From contig NC_068986.1 in assembly GCF_001194135.2 (NCBI RefSeq), positions 69,274,442 through 69,338,441 on the forward strand: a DNA stretch of 64,000 nucleotides. Direction: 5' to 3'. The notes under the pieces are model-generated. The model was not told the DNA's origin, searched no databases, and saw only the letters and a program-made list of their open reading frames with translations. Made by a program: the position numbers and the translations under genes. This stretch comes from Octopus bimaculoides (Eukaryota). Of the stretch, positions 55,430 through 64,000 are shown in pieces; the first letter of the stretch is position 1, and each line of letters begins with the position of its first letter.

Positions 55430-57470
55430 ATTGAGTTCTCGAGTAAATGTGGTAAATGACACAATATATGCAGTACTTCTTATTGTCTGTCAAAATCGCT
55501 CATTAAATAAAAATTTGAACGAGCTATTACACTGATAACGAACAAACAAAAATTATGGAAAATTATGAGCAACTCAAAATGCAACTAAGAGCAAAATTCA
55601 AACAAGATTGTACCATTTACAAACAACTACATGAAAGAAAGCTTATGACACGAATCGATAGGAACTATCATCTTGATGTTATCCGTGATCCATCAAATTG
55701 CTAAGGAACACCTAACACTGATTAAAGCTCCCAGCTTTTAGACATTGAATGTCTTGCTGTACTGTGTGGCAATTACCATTCACCAGCAGATGGGAATTAT
55801 TGCAATCTATCGTAACAGTAAGAAACTCGGAAAAATACTGGACAATTAGATGCTACCATTAAGTGCAAAGGTCACGAGACACTAACGGGGAAGTTAATTG
55901 CCCTTAAACGTGAACTGACAGCCAAAAGTGAAGACCTTCGATATCATAAGAAATTAAATCTACGAGCAGCATATCGCAGCATGGAAGACCATACCATCAA
56001 TGTAGGAAAAGTCCCCACTATGTATGATCTAGATTAACTTTTGGAAAGGATCTAGTATTTAAACAAACAACATAACTGTGATACAATGCGTTTAGATGCG
56101 CTACAGTGTGAGTATTGTGCAAACATTTCTCCTAAAACATATATGACCAGTGGAACTCTCTTGACAGTTGTGCCAAATGCCAAACTGAAAACTTGGAAGG
56201 ACCTAATAGCCGGTTAATGGTACAGAAAGCTCACGCTACATGAAAGCACTCGTCAACCTGTTCAAATGAACAAGAACTTGATGTGTCAGTCTGATCGATA
56301 TTTGCTAGTACATTGCTCGTAGCTAAAAACCGGGAGACGCATGTAGTTAATAGCATTAAGTCTGGAGAATGCTTAAATGTTATACATAAGCTATATACAA
56401 GGTGCTTCAATTCTTCCTTCAGAATGATTGCAAAACGCACAATCGGATGACTTATGAGCAAGCCGGAGGAAAGAAAGGAATCTGCAGAAGTGCGGAACAG
56501 TATTTCATCAACAAAGATGTCCTTAAGGAACCAAAACAACACCGAAGTCTGTTGATTGTATGGCTAGACTATAAGAAGTATTCAACTCTATTTCTCATTC
56601 ATGGATACTTGATTCACTACACTTGCTTAATATTCCAACTACAATAGCCGATGTAATTAAAAGACAACATGATCCACAGGGAAAACAGAACTGAAACTAT
56701 TACTAATAATCATTAGGAGAATTAGGCTATCATCAAGAATGCTTCCGGGTGTCAGCTTATCTATAATGCTTTTCGTTCTAGTGGTGAACACTTTGTCAGC
56801 CTTGTTAAGGAAGTAATAAGATTACATAAGAGGATCAACAGTGAAGAGAAAAAAAATAAAGTGTCTCTTTTTCTTGATGATTTAAAATCCATTCTAATAA
56901 TATTCTCAACACCAAGTGGCAGTTAGAACTTGTACGACATTCTCACGGAACTTACGAATGGGGTTTCGCCAAGATAAATTTTCGGTAGCAAAATAACGAA
57001 AGATTGTCGACCACTAGCCTGTCTATCTCTCTTCTCTGAAATGATGAATGTTACAAATACCTCGAAATTGATGATAATATTGCCTATGTCGCTACAATGA
57101 TTAACGTTAGAGTGGCAAAAGGAAATATTCGCGTTACCGAAAAGTAATATCGTATTTTCAAGCAAATAGTCTGGCATCATATTACAAATAGTTTACAGAT
57201 CAATAAAAGGTGTACTTGCAACCAACAAATTAGCTTAGAGGTAATGATCAAAATGTGAAAGAGCACACACGCTGTCTGTAATGCTCTGTCTGATAGCTTA
57301 TGAAATACTAAGAGTTTCGCGAGCTGCATACTCAGTATTGCATGCTTTACGGATTTCGTAAGGGCAACAGTATAACGTGTGCATTTGAGATGCATAAACT
57401 GATGGTGTGTATTCGGAAATGCCGAAGGTAGTTCAATAAATACAAAAATGGTGACTTGAATTTCTTGATG
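55430..57470 (+). mobile_element. R4/Dong-like (RLE-clade) non-LTR retrotransposon RT remnant
   Basis: CLNVIHKLYT, EQAGGKKGICRSAEQYFINKDVLKEPKQHRSLLIVWLDYKK, SHSWILDSL, LF(L)DDLK and YKYLEIDDNI fragments appear in order; heavily frameshifted. Confidence 0.75.
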
Positions 57471-57479
57471 GGTATTGAT

Positions 57480-58030
57480 CAGGAAGATCAACTGTTTTCA
57501 GTAATGACGCAGTGAAGAGAGCAATTGAAGAGGATCCGTATCAAACTATCCAGGACATATACTGGAGGCTTAATAAATCTTGGTATACTGCAAGATCATC
57601 TCAAGCAAATTGCCAGAATGTAAGAGAAGGAAGGTAAGTAGGCGCCTCACGATAACACATGGCAATGCAAGGCCATATCCAGCGAAGATAACCCAAGACA
57701 ATATTAATTAATTTAGCTGGGAAACTCTACCTCACCCTCCCTACTCACCAGATCTCACACTACCACCATAAGATTTTTCCCTTACTCAGAGATCACTTGA
57801 ACAATTTACAAGCAGAGAAAGACATTCAGATGCAGGCTCTCCAAATATTTTTTCTGTTCTAAGGGACTTGATGCTTTCCTCTAGAGCAATCAGATAACTG
57901 ATTTCGAGGTGGGAGAATGTAATTGCTAACGATGCCGACTATCTTTTGGATGAATAAATATACTTGCGATTAGGTTTTATGCCGATTTGAACTTATTACA
58001 TAAAATATAACATTATTTTCGGTACCCTCG
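57480..58030 (+). mobile_element. Mariner remnant, same general family as the 23-kb element
   Basis: AIEEDPYQT..., DHLKQI and WETLPHPPYSPDL-type sequence; ends cattattttcggtaccctcgata. Confidence 0.65.
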
Positions 58031-58274
58031 ATACTTCAGCAGATTTCGGAAGATATATTCAGAGCTGTCTCATTCAATAAAACCATTTCGCAGTGTCAGT
58101 GCTAGTACCAAAATTTGAGATACTGGACTGGACTCTCGAAGCAACTTGGACATCAGGACTAGAAAGATAGTAGTGACAACTACTGGCGACTTTCATATCA
58201 ACAATGACACGGATAGGATCTATGTTAAGCGGATGTAGGCAGAGGTATAAGTTTAGTACAGATAGCTTTCGAGT

Positions 58275-58525
58275 ACAGGGTTGTATTACAAAGCCTACAC
58301 TTACTGTATAGTAAAGAGAGAATGAATCACATTTGCACTGAACAGATTAGGTGAAAAGCTCCTGAATAGGTATTGTGAGCGTAGCGTGTGATCATCGCAT
58401 TGGCCATGACAGGCAAAGTTGAGCAGAGAATCTGCATCAAATTTTGCCAAAAGCTTGGCGATACCTGATGTGTGTGCAGCTGTGAGGGAAAATCGTCGAA
58501 TCACCATCGTACTTATTCTATCAGG
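58275..58525 (+). mobile_element. 5' fragment of the same mariner family as the 17.4-kb element
   Basis: gtagcgtgtgatcatcgcattggccatga..gttgagcagagaatctgcatcaaattttgcc is shared with both arms of the 17408-18279 element. Confidence 0.7.
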
Positions 58526-58717
58526 CTCTTTGGCCGAACCGCCAAGTTACAGGGACGTAAGNNNNNNNNNNNNNNNNNNNNNNNNNNNNNNNNNNNNNNN
58601 NNNNNNNNNNNNNNNNNNNNNNNNNNNNNNNNNNNNNNNNNNNNNNNNNNNNNNNNNNNNNNNNNNNNNNNNNNNNNNNNNNNNNNNNNNNNNNNNNNNN
58701 NNNNNNNNNNNNNNNNN

Positions 58718-58750
<33 letters not shown>

Positions 58751-58751
<1 letters not shown>

Positions 58752-58904
58752 GACGTGCTTCTTTCAGTTTCCGTCTACCAAATCTACTCACAAGGTTTTG
58801 GTCGGCATGAGGCTATAGCAGAAGATACTGGCCCAAGGTGCCACGCAGTGGGACTGAACCCGGAGTCAAGTGGTTGGTAAGCAAGCTACTTACCACACAG
58901 CCAC
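58751..58904 (-). mobile_element. SINE family B, near full length, tRNA-like head
   Basis: Minus strand gtggctgtgtggtaag (A-box-like)...gggttcagtccca (B-box-like)...ggtagacggaaactgaaagaagc, followed by a (TA)n tail. Confidence 0.85.
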
Positions 58905-59286
58905 ATATTTTATATACATATATATATATATATACATAAAAGGATATGTATTCAACTAGAAACTTACATATAATTTTATGGGTATAAATATATCTTTATT
59001 CACATCCATATCAAAATACGGAAATTATAATGCACATAAGATATTTACATATTAAATTCTAACTGCACAGAGATGATTACGTATGTTGATAGTCACATAG
59101 AAGTTTATGTTCACATATGTCAATACACTGGTATACATAAATGAGCAAATTAAGTCTGTGCTGGCAATAGCAATACATAAATGCTTACCAGTATAAAACC
59201 ACCTTCCCTTCAAATAACATTTACATATAGTTATATTAAAATCGTAAAAGAATAATATATGTGGATAAAAATATTAAAATAAAATG

Positions 59287-59715
59287 AAAGGGTTGCATCC
59301 TGGTTTTGTTCCAGTTTTGCGAGAATTCCAGTTCTAAATTCTGCGTCCTTTTCGGCGGTAAGTCCCAGTGTAAAAATCAGGCATTTCAACATAGCTGGCG
59401 TTAATTCGTCCAGTCTGAACTTCTCGCATTCCCTGTTTACTCTACCAGCATATTTGATGTAGTCCTCGTCGTTGCTTTTCTCTAAGTTCAGACACTTCTA
59501 ACGTATGTCGAACAATAAGTTTTTTTGCTGAAAATTTTGCACAATATATATATTGTGTCATTAAAGTTTATGTCCGAAGGTTTTCTTGGGAGTACATAAT
59601 TACTGCATCGTTCATGTTCTGTTGCGTTTATTATAAAACGCAAAGTCCAAACACACGGATTTTGAACTTGGAACATAGACGCAAAGTACTGCATATTCTT
59701 ACGAGTGCCTCTCAA
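59287..59715 (-). mobile_element. Ty3/Gypsy (Mag / K02A2.6-like) gag fragment
   Basis: ERCSNYVLPRKPSDINFNDTIYILCKIFS..CLNLEKSNDEDYIKYAGRVNRECEKFRLDELTPAMLKCLIFTLGLTAEKDAEFRTGILAKLEQNQDATL. Confidence 0.75.
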
Positions 59716-59767
59716 GTGATTCTGTCTGCATGCCTATCCCTCCCTACACATTCGTGCATGCGTACTT

Positions 59768-59827
<60 letters not shown>

Positions 59828-59843
59828 ACACCCACACACACAT

Positions 59844-59876
<33 letters not shown>

Positions 59877-59938
59877 AATTGATATATGCATATGTATATA
59901 TATATGTGTGTGTGCGTATGTGTATATATTCATAAGTA

Positions 59939-59969
<31 letters not shown>

Positions 59970-60027
59970 TAAATACATATATACATATATGTATATGTAT
60001 ATGTATATGTATATATATATATATGTG

Positions 60028-60066
<39 letters not shown>

Positions 60067-61203
60067 ATATATATACATAAACGTGTGTATGTGTATATGT
60101 GTATGTATGTATGTTTGTATGTATGTATGTATGTATGTTATGTATGTATGTATGTATGTATGTGTAAACGTTTCTATGCGTTTTATGGGTCAGGAGACAA
60201 ACATTACTTCTGCGAAAATTTCCAACTGAATTTTTATTTGTAAGTGTTTATGTTATCAGTGCTTTGGAGGGGGAAAAATAAGTATTTTTTCACTAGATAA
60301 AAAAATGAGACAATTGCTGTTCTAAGAATTGCTGATATCGTGTTTGGAGAAACCTTAACGGTGTTATGTCAAAAGAATGGGATGAATTTTCGTTGGGTGT
60401 GACTCTAATTGATTTTCTTTTCTGAAATAACCCAAAGAAAGTGCGTAATCGTGAGAATGCTGAATAAAAGTAAGCACTTCTGAATTTTATAGTTGGGGTA
60501 TTTTAAGAAACATTTCTAGCACGAAAAGAAAAGAATAGAAAATGCTCTCTGAAATAAAATTGAATGAAACCATACTAAAGGCAGGCATGGTAATAATTTT
60601 CTGTGTTTTGAGAAAAGTAGAGCGGAGAAGTTGTAAAAAAAAAAAAAAAAAAAAATTAAACCATACGGTTAGAAAACAGAGAATATTAAGTGATTTAAAT
60701 TAAACAAGTTAAGATTTATTTCGACTGGAAGATATGAAATGATGCTGGGACATTGCGAACAATTGTCAACAGATTGTGTATAGAGCACAGGGAAGGGGTT
60801 ACTTTCACACAAACTCATTATACGTATTAAGCCATAAAAAATACTCAACAGCTACTTCATTCAATATAGTTCAAGTAGGAGAAGAAGCAACCCCAAACGT
60901 AATTCTGTTGTGACAAGAGCCAATTTAAAGTTTAAATATTTCTGACGACTCTTATTTTTTGATGATATATCAAACAATAATCATATTTAAAAGAAAAGTA
61001 GGACGACTTCTGTGGCCTTAAAAAAATAACAAAAACGTGAGATTTATGTTTAGAAAACAATGGTGAGCTCGGGTGAACATTTCGCTACATGATTGTAAAT
61101 GGCAATAGAGTGCCGTGTGACATTAAAAAAGAGTGCTAAACAATCATTAAGTCGTTTCTAATTATCGTCATGAGTTTGTGAATGTTGCTTCATCTCTCGC
61201 CAT

Positions 61204-61276
<73 letters not shown>

Positions 61277-61948
61277 GTATATATATATGTATGTGTGTGT
61301 GTCTATTTATGTATACATATATAGAAGTATGTTTATATACATACACACCACACAGACACACACAAACATGCGTGCGCGCACGCACACACAAACACACACA
61401 CAAAGAGCTCTCCAGATTAATTCTACTACGAACAATTAATGTTCATTGAGAAAGATGTAAATGCTTTCTTAGTCACAGAAGCGGAGATGGGGGTACTTTT
61501 AAGGGTAGGTTACTTGTTTCGGTTTCGTCCCATAGTGCGCTTGGGCGTAAATATTCTAGCCAGGTAGTATTCCAAAATAATTTAGTACATATTGCCAGTA
61601 TGTTGATGAACTAGACAATAGGGAACAGGCCGAATGCTCTGCTAAATTCTAGCAGTGGATTTGATATTGAACTCATGATCTAAAGTCCAATATCATTGCT
61701 AATAAACCATTTTGGTACTAGTGAATTTTGGTTCATTTACCATAAGTACATTTACATTTTATTACAGTCTTTTGTACGAAATGCTGAAATATTATCTCTG
61801 CATACATTTTCCTAATGTCTTTACGTACCTATTTTATAATTCCTTCCAAGACATTATTTCTTAAACTAGAATAAAACGGAAAGAGAAAAAAGTCAGTCAT
61901 TTTAAGGATCTATAAAATATCCTATAAAATTTGTAACTTGGATAGAAG

Positions 61949-62029
<81 letters not shown>

Positions 62030-62345
62030 GCTTCCCAACGTCCCACTTAATTTTTCTCTCCCCTCTCTCTGTGTATATACGTGTGTGCGTGTTTGTGTAA
62101 GTGTGTGTGTGTGTCCCTCTACGAGCGTGCGGAAAGCGCGTGTATGTGTACGTATGCCTATGTCTGTGCGTGAGCGTACGATTTCTTCATTGGTATTAGT
62201 CATAGGAACACGACCAAAGATTTAGTAGACTGTATCGATCCCAGTATATATTTTTATCGATTAGTTTTTGTCGACTAACACACATAAAGGGAGTCAAAGT
62301 AAGTCATAGCAGGAGTGGTAATCATAGATACAAGCGTGGATAATG

Positions 62346-62377
<32 letters not shown>

Positions 62378-63186
62378 NNNNNNNNNNNNNNNNNNNNNNN
62401 NNNNNNNNNNNNNNNNNNNNNNNNNNNNNNNNNNNNNNNNNNNNNNNNNNNNNNNNNNNNNNNNNNNNNNNNNNNNNNNNNNNNNNNNNNNNNNNNNNNN
62501 NNNNNNNNNNNNNNNNNNNNNNNNNNNNNNNNNNNNNNNNNNNNNNNNNNNNNNNNNNNNNNNNNNNNNNNNNNNNNNNNNNNNNNNNNNNNNNNNNNNN
62601 NNNNNNNNNNNNNNNNNNNNNNNNNNNNNNNNNNNNNNNNNNNNNNNNNNNNNNNNNNNNNNNNNNNNNNNNNNNNNNNNNNNNNNNNNNNNNNNNNNNN
62701 NNNNNNNNNNNNNNNNNNNNNNNNNNNNNNNNNNNNNNNNNNNNNNNNNNNNNNNNNNNNNNNNNNNNNNNNNNNNNNNNNNNNNNNNNNNNNNNNNNNN
62801 NNNNNNNNNNNNNNNNNNNNNNNNNNNNNNNNNNNNNNNNNNNNNNNNNNNNNNNNNNNNNNNNNNNNNNNNNNNNNNNNNNNNNNNNNNNNNNNNNNNN
62901 NNNNNNNNNNNNNNNNNNNNNNNNNNNNNNNNNNNNNNNNNNNNNNNNNNNNNNNNNNNNNNNNNNNNNNNNNNNNNNNNNNNNNNNNNNNNNNNNNNNN
63001 NNCAATCTGCACCCAATATATATATATATAATAATTTTCCAGAGGATGTAGCAACCGTTACCAATATAGCATAAGAACTTACCTAAGTTTGGCACAGAAA
63101 TGTTAACATAGAGTGGTGAATAAATCGATATATCGAGTTTGAAGTCTCTGTCTCTTTTGAATATGAAAATTTAAAAGTTAAAAACC

Positions 63187-63223
<37 letters not shown>

Positions 63224-63224
63224 C

Positions 63225-63530
63225 AAGCAGGGGAGTGAACCTGTACCATTTTTCAGCCACGAGATTACCAGACCGTACGGTTTTGAGCTCTTTGTGCTCA
63301 TCCTCGGTGGTGGATACCCGTCTGCTAGAGATAGCAGTAGTTCAACTCTTGGAAGTGCAGAGTAGTAGGTTTTTAGAGAAGAAACTCCACTCTATGGAGG
63401 CTGGGTCATATCCAGCTTGTGACTCCTGCATACCCATCTACTGCAATATTCTGTGCTATTGATTGCATTGTAGCTCTCCTGGATGGTCAAGGTACCCTAG
63501 ATGCAAGATACTATTGGTGTTGTAAACCGT
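63225..63530. mobile_element. GC-richer decayed fragment, possibly LINE-derived
   Basis: Compositional island next to a (TA)n tract; no diagnostic motif confidently read. Confidence 0.2.
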
Positions 63531-64000
63531 TCAATCGGAGACGCCATTAATATTGCGTAAATATAACGACGTAAAGAGAGAACAATTGTAATTATTATTA
63601 GTTTGATGTGAATAAGAAGCAAGAAAGTTGAAGAGTCTTTGACGTTTTCTGCTTAAGAACTTCTTGAGATAGCAATATAAAAGGAAATGCATGGAGAATG
63701 GGGGGGAAACAGGAATAATGGGGAAATCATATTCATCTGTATCCGGTGACGTCATAAACGGATAAAGGTAGAATGAACGGAAGTGAAGAAGGAAGTAAGA
63801 GGTTTCATATGTGCGAGAACAACACAAAAAAGTTACTGTCGGTTAATGTACTCGATTACGTGTTTGATTATGTATGTGCATCTCGATGTATGTCTGTGCC
63901 CTAATTCCTATGTGTTTCTTTCATTGTTATTTTGTTCATTGTGAAACAAATTATACCTGGTTTATGGATGTACTGTCATACGATGTGTATGTGTCTGTGT

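Noticed and set aside
58860-58904. tRNA gene
   Set aside because: The A/B-box-like motifs belong to a SINE head; no cloverleaf could be formed.
63745-63753. Perfect CRE palindrome TGACGTCA
   Set aside because: A single 8-mer is expected by chance in 64 kb, and no linked gene start was identified.

Overview
AT-rich, microsatellite-dense animal genomic DNA from a gapped short-read assembly, with about 14 N-runs that nearly all abut simple repeats. The SINE families present resemble those I recall from octopus, so a cephalopod source is inferred. I found no recognisable intact host protein-coding gene, tRNA, rRNA or CRISPR array. Almost all long ORFs in the track come from (CA)n/(TA)n repeats or N-gaps. 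The identifiable content is a set of degraded mobile elements: several Tc1/mariner families, a Charlie/Buster hAT, RTE, L1/Tx1 and R4/Dong-like LINEs, Penelope-like elements (PLEs), a Gypsy gag fragment, a Helentron-like end and two SINE families. The most notable signal is two well-formed minimal type-I hammerhead ribozyme motifs with palindromic helix III (561-608 +, 39144-39188 -). They sit in apparently unrelated repeats and share an unusual A/A juxtaposition at the base of helix II. Two decayed hammerhead-like copies are also present. This ribozyme class is known from PLEs and retrozymes, so any novelty lies in the variant and its host repeats. A few isolated candidate exons are reported at low confidence. 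All calls are by eye, with no database searches.
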